Shown here one piece after another: positions 54,438 to 64,000 of a stretch of 64,000 bases of DNA (position 1 is the stretch's first letter; the number at the start of each line of letters is the position of its first letter). Made by a program: the position numbers and the translations under genes. This DNA comes from Nitrospirota bacterium. GTDB taxonomy: Bacteria > Nitrospirota > Thermodesulfovibrionia > Thermodesulfovibrionales > UBA9159. The notes beneath the pieces were generated by a model. That model saw only the letters and a list, made by a program, of their open reading frames with translations. It ran no database searches and had not been told where the DNA came from. The stretch lies in NCBI GenBank assembly GCA_963699545.1, contig CAVOUE010000007.1, positions 1 through 64,000 on the forward strand, written 5' to 3'.

Positions 54438-55362
54438 TCAGGCAATCTTTTCCATGAGGGCCTTTACCGCGGAAGACAGACCTTTCGAAATCCGCCCTCT
54501 CCTCTTCGTTCAATTCAAGTTCTATCACCTTCTCAATACCGCGGGCCCCGAGGACAGCCGGTACTCCGACGTAGATATCCCTGACGCCGTATTGCCCATC
54601 AAGATATGCGGCGCACGGCAGTATCCTTTTTTCATCGAAGAGAATCGCCCTGATCATCTGGTAGGTCGCAGCTGCAGGGGCATAATATGCGCTCCCCGTC
54701 TTCAGGAGGGACACGATCTCGGCGCCGCCGCCTCTCGTCCTTTCGATGAGGGACGCGATTTTGTCTGCCGGCAGCAACTTGGTTATCGGCACCCCTTTTA
54801 CCGTGGTGTACCGGGGCATGGGAACCATCTGATCCCCGTGTCCCCCCATCACAAGCGCTTCCACATCAACGGGAGAAACACCAAGCTCAAACGAGATGAA
54901 TGTCCTGAACCGCGAAGAATCAAGGACCCCGCCCATCCCGAACACCCTGTGATGGTCCGAGCCGGAGATCTTGCGGGCCACATAGGCCATCACATCCATG
55001 GGATTGGTGACGACGATCACCACCGCATCGGGAGAGAGCTTCGATGTCTCGGCAGCAACGGACTTCACAACCTCAGCGTTGGTCTTCAGGAGATCATCCC
55101 TGCTCATCCCCGGCTTCCGGGGAATGCCGGCAGTGATTACGATAACATCCGATTTTTCGGTATCACGATAACTGTTCGTGCCCTTTATGGAGACCGATGA
55201 GTTCCAGAGGGGACACGCTTCAGCCATGTCAAGGGCCTTGCCCTGGGGCATCCCCTCTGCGATGTCGAACAGCACCACATCCGCAATCCCGTCATGGGCA
55301 ATCAGCTGCGCCGTGGATGCGCCTACGTTTCCCCCGCCTATTACGGATACTTTCTTCCTCAT
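54438..55362 (-). CDS. mdh: Malate dehydrogenase (LDH-like); terminal frameshift
   Basis: IGGGNVG, GKALD, RKPGMSRDDL, TNPMD, LDSSRFR, GGHGD; corrected end SAVKALMEKIA-stop. Confidence 0.95.
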
Positions 55363-55510
55363 TTCAGCCACCCTTCATGCGATGAAATTTGAGACATAGT
55401 ATAAATGAATGGGCGGAATTAGTAAATCAATTTTGCGTGTTGGGATTGCTCTCAGACGTTTCCTCCTGCCCCGAAGATACCGTTTGTATCATCGTGGAAT
55501 GAGAAAAAGA

Positions 55511-56812
55511 TCACTCTTCGGGACTCTTCACCGGAACCGTCTCCATCCTTACCTTCGCGATACGCTGGCCGACCATCTCCGACACGGTTATCTTCTTCCC
55601 CTCGATCTCTACTACATCGCTTATCCGCGGGATCCTCTGGAGAGTGGCGAGGAGAAACCCGCCCAGCGTGTCGTATTCCGTGGATTCGGGTATCTCGATC
55701 TGGTAGTCGTCTTCCAGGTCCTTTATGCTTATGGACGCATCGATGAGAAGGGTGCCGTCACTGAGCTGTATCACAGGGCTTTCGATGTCGTACTCGTCCC
55801 TTATCTCTCCGACGATCTCCTCGATGAGATCCTCCATGGTCACAAGGCCGGAAACCCCTCCGTACTCGTCGATGACCAGAGCCATATGGACCCTCTTTCG
55901 CTGCATCTCCCTCAGAAGATTGCTTATCTTCTTTGTCTCAGGGATGAAGAACGGCGGCTTGACCAGTTTTCTGACGTCCGCGTCACCCCGGGCCAGCGCG
56001 TTCAGGAAGTCCTTCGCATAGAGGATGCCCCGGATGTCATTGAGGTCTTTCCCCACGACCGGATAGCGGGAGAACTGTTCCTCGGCAATGGTGGATTTCA
56101 CTTCGTCCACCGACATGGTGAGGCTTATGGAAACCATGCGCGTGGACGGCACCATCACCTGATTTGCCGACATGTCCGTAAATTCGAAGACACTGTGGAT
56201 GAGTTCCTGCTCGGTGGGTTCAAACACCCCTTGCTCGCCTCCCTCCATGATGAGCATCTTCACCTCCTCCTCTGTCACATACGCTCTCTCGGTAAAGGGC
56301 TTCCTCCCGAAAGGTCTCAGGAGTAGATTGGTGCTGAAGGTCAGGACCTTCACAAAGGGGGCCGCGACCTTCGAGAACCCTTCCACAAGCTTTGCGATTC
56401 TCAGCCCGACCCCTTCGGGATGAGTGAGGGCCATGGATTTGGGGATAAGCTCGCCGAAGACAAGGGTAACATAGGTGATCACAAGCGCTACCATACCGAT
56501 GGAGATCGCCTCGCTGGAGACCGCAACCGGCTTATAGGGCAGTTCACTGATGAGCGGCTTTATAACCTGCACCGCGGCAGCACCGCCGATGGTCGACGCA
56601 AGAACACTGGCAAGGGTTATGGCGATCTGGATGGTGGCAAGGAACCGGTCAGGCTCCTCCTTGAACCTCAGAAGGATTTCCGCGTTCCTGTCGTTCTCTT
56701 CCGCGAGCTGTTTCAGTCTGCTCTTCCGTGCAGCAACCACCGCAATCTCCGCGGCGGCAAAGAGACCGTTCAGGCAGATGAAAAACAGGATAAGAAGGAT
56801 GTTAAACCACAT
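55511..56812 (-). CDS. Hemolysin/CNNM-family protein (DUF21-CBS-CorC)
   Basis: FAAAEIA, FGELIPK, FSRYPV, DEYGGVSGLVTMEDLIEEIVGEI, DTLGGF. Confidence 0.92.
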   Translation of the reverse strand: MWFNILLILFFICLNGLFAAAEIAVVAARKSRLKQLAEENDRNAEILLRFKEEPDRFLATIQIAITLASVLASTIGGAAAVQVIKPLISELPYKPVAVSSEAISIGMVALVITYVTLVFGELIPKSMALTHPEGVGLRIAKLVEGFSKVAAPFVKVLTFSTNLLLRPFGRKPFTERAYVTEEEVKMLIMEGGEQGVFEPTEQELIHSVFEFTDMSANQVMVPSTRMVSISLTMSVDEVKSTIAEEQFSRYPVVGKDLNDIRGILYAKDFLNALARGDADVRKLVKPPFFIPETKKISNLLREMQRKRVHMALVIDEYGGVSGLVTMEDLIEEIVGEIRDEYDIESPVIQLSDGTLLIDASISIKDLEDDYQIEIPESTEYDTLGGFLLATLQRIPRISDVVEIEGKKITVSEMVGQRIAKVRMETVPVKSPEE

Positions 56813-56932
56813 CGGAATTCATCCTGAATAGCGGCAGCAATGCCTGCGTTCCATTGTCAGCTGATCGGCTTTCCTGAAGCTTTGCAGTATGGGGCTCTCT
56901 TCGCGGTGAACAGTCGCTTTCCATCGTGACGG

Positions 56933-58012
56933 TTAGGCCATTTTCTCGATGATGGCATCCGCAACCCTCGATGTGGTCGCGGCAGTCACGTCATCCGGGG
57001 TCGGTTTCATGTCGTAGGTGACATCCCTGCCTTCTGCGATAACTGAAGCAACGGCTCGTTCCAAACGCTGCGCCGCTCCTGTTTCGCCGAGGTGAATAAG
57101 CATCATCACTCCTGACAATATCATAGCAATGGGATTCATCTTATTCAAGCCCTTGTACTTCGGGGCGCTGCCGTGGGTGGGCTCAAACACCGCCATCTCG
57201 TCTCCGATATTCGCACCAGGCGCAAGCCCGAGACCCCCGATGAGGCCTGCTCCCAGGTCGGACACCACGTCACCGTACAGGTTCGGAAGCACCAGCACGT
57301 CGTACAGTTCAGGCTTCTGCACAAGCTGCATGCACATATTGTCGATGATCCTATCCTCAAATTCGATGTCGGAGTAGCGTGCAGCGACATCCCGCGCCAC
57401 CTCAAGAAAGAGCCCGTCGGAGAACTTCATGATGTTCGCCTTGTGAACCGCGGTCACTTTCTTCCTCTTGTTCTTTCTTGCATACTCAAAGGCAAACTTC
57501 ACAATGCGCTCGCTGGCGGATACCGAGATCGCTTTTATGCTTATCCCCGAATCGGGAGGTATCTTTCTTCCCGTCGTCTCCCTGATAAAATCAATGAGAC
57601 GCACGGCATCGCCGGAGCTTTTCTGGAATTCGATCCCTGCATAGAGGTCTTCCGTATTCTCCCTCACGATAATGATATCGATATCGTCGTATCGCGTCCT
57701 CGCTCCCCTGAAACTCATGCACGGCCTCAGGCAGCAATAGAGATCAAGGGTCTGTCTGAGAGTGACGTTCACACTCCGGAAGCCGGTACCTACAGGGGTT
57801 GTTACCGGTCCTTTTATGGCGATCTTATTTTTCCTGATCGAATCGATGACGCGCTGCGGAAGAGGTGTGCCTTCTTTTTCGTAGACATCCACTCCGGCAT
57901 CCTGTATCTCCCATCGGATCGGCACCCCCGTGGCATCGATGACCCGCCTTGCCGCTTCCGCTATTTCCGGCCCGACGCCGTCACCCGGTATCAAGGTTAT
58001 CGTGTATTTCAT
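56933..58012 (-). CDS. Isocitrate/isopropylmalate dehydrogenase family (NAD-dependent IDH-like)
   Basis: [47 protein letters not shown]. Confidence 0.9.
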   Translation of the reverse strand: MKYTITLIPGDGVGPEIAEAARRVIDATGVPIRWEIQDAGVDVYEKEGTPLPQRVIDSIRKNKIAIKGPVTTPVGTGFRSVNVTLRQTLDLYCCLRPCMSFRGARTRYDDIDIIIVRENTEDLYAGIEFQKSSGDAVRLIDFIRETTGRKIPPDSGISIKAISVSASERIVKFAFEYARKNKRKKVTAVHKANIMKFSDGLFLEVARDVAARYSDIEFEDRIIDNMCMQLVQKPELYDVLVLPNLYGDVVSDLGAGLIGGLGLAPGANIGDEMAVFEPTHGSAPKYKGLNKMNPIAMILSGVMMLIHLGETGAAQRLERAVASVIAEGRDVTYDMKPTPDDVTAATTSRVADAIIEKMA

Positions 58013-59244
58013 GGGTTCACCGTAAGGATCTTTCTGACAACGTCCGGATAACTCGCAATCAGCCGGAGTTCGTCGTCGGTGAGTGGTTTCTGTGTATGAA
58101 GATTCGCGTACTGGACCAGTTCCAGGATCGTCCTCGCATCATTGTCAGTGCTGAAATGGATCCCCAGCTTGTCGTACACATGCCTGAAGCCCTTGACCCC
58201 GCCGTATTCACCGGTGGTGATGATCCTACCGGTTTCATGCAATTCCAGCTCACCCCTGCCCACGTCCTCGGGGTCATAAAGCTCATAGCTCCTCCGGTCC
58301 TTCAAAGCGCCGTCGGCATGAATGCCCGACTCATGGGCAAAGGCATTTGCCCCCACCCCGGGCTGATTTATGGGTATCGGGATATGAAAGGCATACGATG
58401 CATACTTTGCCATCTTCCATGCCTTTTTCAGGTCAACATGCTCATCCAGGGGGATCTTCGTCTTCAGCCCGTGGGAGAACTTCAGCGCGAGGATCGTAGA
58501 AACGAGGTCGCAATTGCCGGCGCGTTCCCCGTATCCGTTGATCGTCGTATTAATGTAGGCGTCCACACCGCTGTCTATCGCTCCCTGGGCCCCTGCCACG
58601 GATACCGCCTCAGCCATGCCGAGGTCATTGTGGCAGTGCATCTCGATGGGGAATCTGGTAGCCAGGGTCAGGGCCTTAATGGTCTCGTATATGGTAATGG
58701 GATCGTCCACTCCAAGGGTATCGCAATACCGGAACCTGTCCGCTCCTGCTTCCTTCCCCGCCTGCACGAATTCGATGAGCTTGCTCAGTTCGGTCCTGGA
58801 GGCATCCTCCGCGTTCACACCGAGGGTCTCCACACTCAGCTCCTTCGCACGCTTCACCGATTTCACCAGGGAATCCATGATGTCCTTCCAGGTCTTCCTC
58901 CCCTGGAATTTTCCCCGGATCATAATGTCCGACGTGGACATGGAGATATTCAGGTGTTTGATCTCCGGACAGTTCTTGAAGGCCAGCTCGATATCTTCAG
59001 GCACCGCCCTGCACCAACCCTCCAGGTGAATCCTCTTTATCGCGCCGACTTTCACCAGTTCAAGGTTGGCATTCACATAGTTCACTTCATGCTTCAGCGT
59101 GGGGAACCCTATCTCGCTCTGGTAAAAACCCATCTCATCCAGATAGAGGTTCAACATGGTCTTTGAGAGTTTCGGCAGCAGTATCCTCGATGTCTGGACA
59201 CCGTCCCTATTGGTCACGTCGATGAGATATACTTTGTGGTGCAT
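58009..59244 (-). CDS. DRE-TIM (LeuA/homocitrate synthase family) enzyme, probable Re-citrate synthase
   Basis: [46 protein letters not shown]; no LeuA regulatory domain; coupled to the IDH-like gene. Confidence 0.75.
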   Translation of the reverse strand: MHHKVYLIDVTNRDGVQTSRILLPKLSKTMLNLYLDEMGFYQSEIGFPTLKHEVNYVNANLELVKVGAIKRIHLEGWCRAVPEDIELAFKNCPEIKHLNISMSTSDIMIRGKFQGRKTWKDIMDSLVKSVKRAKELSVETLGVNAEDASRTELSKLIEFVQAGKEAGADRFRYCDTLGVDDPITIYETIKALTLATRFPIEMHCHNDLGMAEAVSVAGAQGAIDSGVDAYINTTINGYGERAGNCDLVSTILALKFSHGLKTKIPLDEHVDLKKAWKMAKYASYAFHIPIPINQPGVGANAFAHESGIHADGALKDRRSYELYDPEDVGRGELELHETGRIITTGEYGGVKGFRHVYDKLGIHFSTDNDARTILELVQYANLHTQKPLTDDELRLIASYPDVVRKILTVNP

Positions 59245-59536
59245 TAAGGCCAAACCCCTTTCGCCGGCATTTCGTTTATAATGGAGCGGTATTATAACTA
59301 AAAAGCCCCTGAGTATAGCAAGTTATTGCAATTTTCTCCCGGTTATGGACAATGGAATAGAGACGGCAGTGTTCTGTTCTCTGGTATTGCATGCCCGCGC
59401 GAACGGCGAAAAGGAGGCTGGAGAGGCAAAATCTTCCGCTTTGTTACGGGGGGTTGCCGGGGGGGTTGAAAAGGACTGGAAAATAAAAAGATTTCTCTGT
59501 TAAAATTATAGCCGTCTTTTTGGGGGAGGTGTCCGG

Positions 59537-60271
59537 ATGGAATTTAAAGGTCAGGTTGCCCTCGTCACCGGGGGTGCACGGGGCATAGGCAGGGCGATAG
59601 CAGAAGCCCTTGCCGGAAAAGGCGCTGATATAGTCATCGCTGATATACATCTCGATGAGGCGAAGGAAACCGCAGCAGCAGTGGCCGGCGTTGGTGTCAG
59701 GACCATGGCCGTGCAGCTTGATGTGTCTCACTCAGGGGAGGTGATAAAGACTTTTGGTGCTATCGTGAAAGAATTCGGGAGGCTGGACATCCTCGTCAAT
59801 AATGCGGGAATAACCAAGGACAGCCTTCTGCTCAGGATGAAGGAGGAAGACTGGGACGCGGTCATCAACGTGAATCTGAAAGGGGTGTTCCTCTGTTCAA
59901 AGGAGGCGGTGAGGATTATGGCAAAGCAGCGCTACGGAAGGATCGTGAATATCGCCTCCGTGGTCGCCTTCATGGGCAATCCCGGACAGGCGAACTACAG
60001 CGCCTCAAAGGCGGGCATTGTCGGGTTGACAAAGACCATCGCGAAGGAATATGCGAGCAGAGGGATAACCGCCAATGCTGTTGCCCCGGGCTTTATCATG
60101 ACGGCGATGACCGATGCGCTCCCTGAGAACGTGAAGGATGAAATGAAAAAAGCGATTCCTATGGCCAGGTTCGGAACCATAGATGATGTTGCTGCCGCTG
60201 TCGCATTCCTCGCATCGAACGGATACATCACGGGCCAGGTGGTCCATGTGAACGGCGGTATGTATATGTAA
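59537..60271 (+). CDS. fabG: 3-oxoacyl-ACP reductase
   Basis: [31 protein letters not shown]. Confidence 0.96.
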   Translation: MEFKGQVALVTGGARGIGRAIAEALAGKGADIVIADIHLDEAKETAAAVAGVGVRTMAVQLDVSHSGEVIKTFGAIVKEFGRLDILVNNAGITKDSLLLRMKEEDWDAVINVNLKGVFLCSKEAVRIMAKQRYGRIVNIASVVAFMGNPGQANYSASKAGIVGLTKTIAKEYASRGITANAVAPGFIMTAMTDALPENVKDEMKKAIPMARFGTIDDVAAAVAFLASNGYITGQVVHVNGGMYM

Positions 60272-60282
60272 GTCGCTGATGA

Positions 60283-60316
60283 GGATTTCAGGTTCATGGC
60301 CGAGAACCTGAAATCC
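60283..60316 (+). other. Perfect 13-bp stem-loop between fabG and acpP
   Basis: GGATTTCAGGTTC (60283-60295) and GAACCTGAAATCC (60304-60316); no U-tract. Confidence 0.8.
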
Positions 60317-60362
60317 CCAGTTGAACATCTGCAATTGTAAAATTTAATAAGGAGGTGCAACG

Positions 60363-60593
60363 ATGGTTGACGAAAAAGTGAAGGAGATTATCGCAAAACA
60401 GCTCGGGGTGAACCCGACGGAAGTGACCCCTGAGGCATCATTTGTAGAGGACCTTGGAGCAGACTCACTGGATACCGTGGAACTCGTCATGGCGTTTGAA
60501 GAGGCATTCAACATAGAGATACCTGACGAGGACGCCGAAAAGATCGCGAAGGTGAAAGACGCGGTTGAGTATATCAAGAACAAGATGGCATAG
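60363..60593 (+). CDS. acpP: Acyl carrier protein
   Basis: [25 protein letters not shown]. Confidence 0.98.
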   Translation: MVDEKVKEIIAKQLGVNPTEVTPEASFVEDLGADSLDTVELVMAFEEAFNIEIPDEDAEKIAKVKDAVEYIKNKMA

Positions 60594-60608
60594 GGTTTTG
60601 TAAAGAGC

Positions 60609-61858
60609 ATGGAAAGACGTCGCGTTGTTGTAACAGGATTGGGACTGGTCACCCCTCTGGGGACAGGAGTGAAGGCTTCCTGGGAGGCACTGCTCGAAGG
60701 GAGATCGGGGATAGGTGTCATCAGGACCTTTGATTCCTCGGATCTCCCGGTCCATATCGCAGGAGAGGTGAAGGACTTTGATCCGCTCCGGTATATAGAG
60801 CCGAAGGAAGTGAAGAAGATGGACCGGTTCATTCACTTCGCTGTCGCTGCTTCCACCATGGCGATGGAGGATTCAGGCCTGAAGATCACACCGGAGAACG
60901 CGGAGAGGGTCGGTGTCATTATCGGCTCCGGCATGGGAGGCCTTCCCGCAATAGAGCACTATCACAAGACCTATCTCGAAAAAGGGTACCGGAGGATCAG
61001 CCCGTTCTTTATCCCGATGCTTATCATCAACCTCGCATCCGGGCAGGTCTCCATAAAGTTCGGGGCAAAGGGCCCGAACTCTGCGGTAGCCACAGCATGC
61101 GCAACGGGAAGCCATGCGATAGGAGACGCCTATAAGGTCATCCAGCGGGGCGATGCCGATGTGATGATCGCGGGAGGCACCGAGTCGGTGATCACCCCTA
61201 TGGCTATCGGGGGATTCGCCGTGATGAAGGCGCTCTCTACGCGGAATGAAGATCCCGGGCATGCAAGCAGACCCTTTGACAGCGGCAGGGACGGGTTTGT
61301 CATGGGCGAAGGGGCCGGGATCGTGATCCTCGAATCCCTCGATAACGCGACGAAGAGGAATGCAAAGGTCTATGCGGAGATCGCCGGCTACGGCATGACC
61401 AGCGACGCGTATCACATCACCTCCCCGGCGCCTGAAGGTGCAGGTGCAGCGGCCTGCATGAAAGCGACCCTCAAGGATGCGGGAGTTCTCCCCTGAGATG
61501 GTCGATTATATCAACGCGCACGGGACATCGACAAAATACGGCGACGAACTGGAAACAGCGGCCATCAAGAAGGTCTTTAAAGAACACGCTTACAAGCTCT
61601 CGGTGAGTTCCACAAAATCCATGACCGGACATCTTCTCGGCGCCGCGGGAGGTGTGGAGACCGTTATTGCTGTCCTCAGCGTCCGGAACAATGTGATCCC
61701 TCCCACCATCAACCTCGACAATCCCGATCCGGAATGCGACCTCGATTATGTTCCCCACAAGCCGAGGCACAGGGATGTGGAATGCGCACTCTCTAACTCC
61801 TTTGGGTTTGGCGGGACAAATGCCTGTTCTCCTCTTCAAGAAATTTAGAAACGCTTGA
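60609..61858 (+). CDS. fabF: Beta-ketoacyl-ACP synthase II; frameshifts near 61490 and 61828
   Basis: [48 protein letters not shown]. Confidence 0.95.
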
Positions 61859-62537
61859 AAGGAACCTCGGCTACTCCTTTAAGGACAGGACGCTCCTCAT
61901 CGAGGCACTGACCCACCGGTCATACCACCACGAGAACCCGGAAAGGGTGTCTTCCTACAATGAGCGGCTCGAGTTCATAGGCGACTCGGTCCTCGGGCTC
62001 GTCGTGGTCGAATATCTCTTCCGCTACAGCAAGGATTTTTCAGAATCGGAGATGTCGGAGATCAAATCCTTTATCGTGAGGGGTTCCCTGCTTTCCGAGA
62101 TAGCAGCAGGCGCATCCCTCGGCACGCATGTGCGGTTGGGGAGAGGAGAGGAAGAGACAGGAGGAAGGGCCAAGGGATCCATTCTCGCCAATGCCATGGA
62201 AGCGGTTTTTGGCGCTGTTTATCTCGATGGGGGGTATGAGGCTGCAAGGAATTTTATCCTCCACCTTCTGAGGGAAAGGATCATAGCGGTGATATCCTCC
62301 GGCCAGTACCACAACTTCAAGACGGAGCTCCAGGAGGAAAGCCAGATGCGTTTCGGGGTGCTGCCAGAGTACCGGATCGTAAGCCAGGAAGGGGAGGAAC
62401 ATCGCAAGACTTTCACTGCGGATGTTTCTATCGCGGGAAAAACGTTCGGGCGCGGCGCAGGAAAGAACAAGAAGGAAGCCCAGACCGCAGCTGCGAAAGA
62501 GGCGATGGAGAGATTAAAAAAGGACCCGGCGCCGTAG
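61820..62537 (+). CDS. rnc: Ribonuclease III
   Basis: [32 protein letters not shown]-terminal dsRBD; ATG at 61820 is in frame if the 61828 indel is corrected. Confidence 0.93.
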
Positions 62538-62570
62538 TGTGACCGTTCGATACCTCAAGAGCGCTACCCC

Positions 62571-62972
62571 TTATCTGCCAGACGACTCAGCATACCCGCC
62601 GCCGGTTTCGAGGACCACAAAAGCGATGCCGTAATCCCGTTCGTGGCTCAGGCTGAGGTGCGCTTTCCGCAGAGCTTTGTCTCTGAAGAGTTCTTCAAGC
62701 CTGCCCTTCGGTCGTATGCAGGGAGCGCCGTTCTCCCCGCTCACCACCTCGATATCCGTGAGGGGAATGAATGGTGATGAACCCATGGCCTTTATCAATG
62801 CTTCTTTTGCGGCGAACCGAACGGACAGGGAAGGATAGGGATTGTTCTTTCTGCGGCAGTACGAGATCTCGTTTCCGGTGAAGACCCTCTGGAGGAATTT
62901 TTCCCCCCACCTTTCCACCGCTTCCTTCATCCTCTCAACTTTTACGATATCTATGCCGATTCCGTAAATCAT
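62571..62972 (-). CDS. acpS: Holo-ACP synthase
   Basis: GIGIDIV, RFAAKEALIKA, LSLSHE. Confidence 0.96.
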   Translation of the reverse strand: MIYGIGIDIVKVERMKEAVERWGEKFLQRVFTGNEISYCRRKNNPYPSLSVRFAAKEALIKAMGSSPFIPLTDIEVVSGENGAPCIRPKGRLEELFRDKALRKAHLSLSHERDYGIAFVVLETGGGYAESSGR

Positions 62973-62983
62973 ATCAACAGGGT

Positions 62984-63694
62984 TCAAGGGTTTATTAGTT
63001 CCCCCATCTCCCTCACCGCCCGTTCCATTCCCACAAGCACCGCCCTGGAAACAATGCTGTGCCCTATGTAAAGCCCCCTCAGTCCCTCAATACACGCCAC
63101 AGGCTTTACATTGAAATAATTGAGCCCATGCCCTGCGTTGGCCTTCAATCCGCCCTGCCCTGCCACCTTCACCGCATCCCCGACCCGCAGCAGTTCCCTC
63201 TTCTCTTTCGGGCCTCTCGCATTGGCATAGAGACCGGTATGTATCTCCACCATATCGGCGCCGAGGTTCCGTGCGATATCAACGTCCATAGTGGAGGGGT
63301 TAATGAAGAGACTGACCGGAATCCCCGCGCCATGGATCTTCCTGATCGCCTTAGCGATGTTCGCCTTCCGGCCCGCCAGATCAAGGCCGCCCTCCGTGGT
63401 CAGTTCCTGGCGCTTCTCAGGGACAAGGGTGACCATGTCAGGCTTTATCGACACGGCGATCCTGATCATCTCGTCCGTGGCCGCCATTTCAAGGTTCAGT
63501 TCCACCGGCACCGTTTCCCTCAGGAGTTTCAGGTCCCTGTCCCTTATATGGCGCCGGTCTTCCCTGAGATGCACGGTAATACCATCCGCGCCGCCAAGGA
63601 TCGCAAGAGTCGCAGCCATGACAGGGTCAGGCTCGGCCCCCTTCCTCGCCTCCCTGATGGTCGCGATATGGTCAACATTCACCCCGAGAATCAT
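62984..63694 (-). CDS. pdxJ: Pyridoxine 5'-phosphate synthase
   Basis: [44 protein letters not shown]. Confidence 0.96.
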   Translation of the reverse strand: MILGVNVDHIATIREARKGAEPDPVMAATLAILGGADGITVHLREDRRHIRDRDLKLLRETVPVELNLEMAATDEMIRIAVSIKPDMVTLVPEKRQELTTEGGLDLAGRKANIAKAIRKIHGAGIPVSLFINPSTMDVDIARNLGADMVEIHTGLYANARGPKEKRELLRVGDAVKVAGQGGLKANAGHGLNYFNVKPVACIEGLRGLYIGHSIVSRAVLVGMERAVREMGELINP

Positions 63695-64000
63695 GGACAG
63701 CCTCCTTGTGAACATATGCCGCTTGCTCACTCTAGATAATAACGGAATCAGGTAAAATTTGCCATATCCCGCCGGAAAACGGGGTTGGGCGAACATTGTC
63801 ATTTGCTCAAGGTTACCGTATACTAACTGAAGGGTGAGACGCAAGACTCTCCCGCTCATGGGAGGCGCGGCATGAAGAATACGGACGCTTGGCTCTCTCT
63901 TTCCGTCACCATCGCATATCTCCCGGCACATTGCTCCGGAAATCCAGTGTCTTGAGGGAATGAATCCATTGCGGAAGGAACCTGAATAATGGTAAAAGCA

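Noticed and set aside
63695-64000. N-terminal extension of pdxJ in the ORF track, or another gene at the window end
   Set aside because: PdxJ homology starts at MILGVNVDH with an AAGGAGG RBS upstream; no upstream frame gives a recognisable product.

Overview
Ordinary bacterial chromosome segment, mostly housekeeping genes. Gene order and content suggest an anaerobic Nitrospirota (Thermodesulfovibrionia-like) or related deltaproteobacterial-type genome; this is inference, no search was run. Contents: two sigma54 two-component systems, each next to a recognisable -24/-12 promoter and paired enhancer-like sites; pcm, a peptide-binding protein, secG and tpiA; a 439-bp tandem duplication encoding two small exported proteins; a beta-CASP MBL hydrolase; a UbiA-family gene; an AT-rich two-gene island with attI/attC-like sites but no integrase; a Cys-type ExtKL pentaheme cytochrome; a large acyl-CoA dehydratase activase; a 31-aa bS22/mS38-like gene missed by the ORF track; the liv operon; thiE-accC-accB-efp-pepP-aroQ-mglC-like-TPR-coaBC-rpoZ-gmk-remA-yicC; rplU-rpmA-obgE-proB; a four-gene glycan-tailoring cluster; clpC, ndk, mdh, an icd-like gene and a probable Re-citrate synthase; and fabG-acpP-fabF-rnc, acpS, pdxJ. 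Well over a dozen genes, including essential ones, carry single-base frameshifts, most simply explained as long-read consensus errors. No rRNA, tRNA, CRISPR array or transposase was recognised. Best leads: the integrase-less cassette array with tiny empty hairpin cassettes, the sigma54-controlled duplicated small proteins, inverted heptamer/octamer repeat arrays that also appear inside ORFs, and the MglC-like gene.
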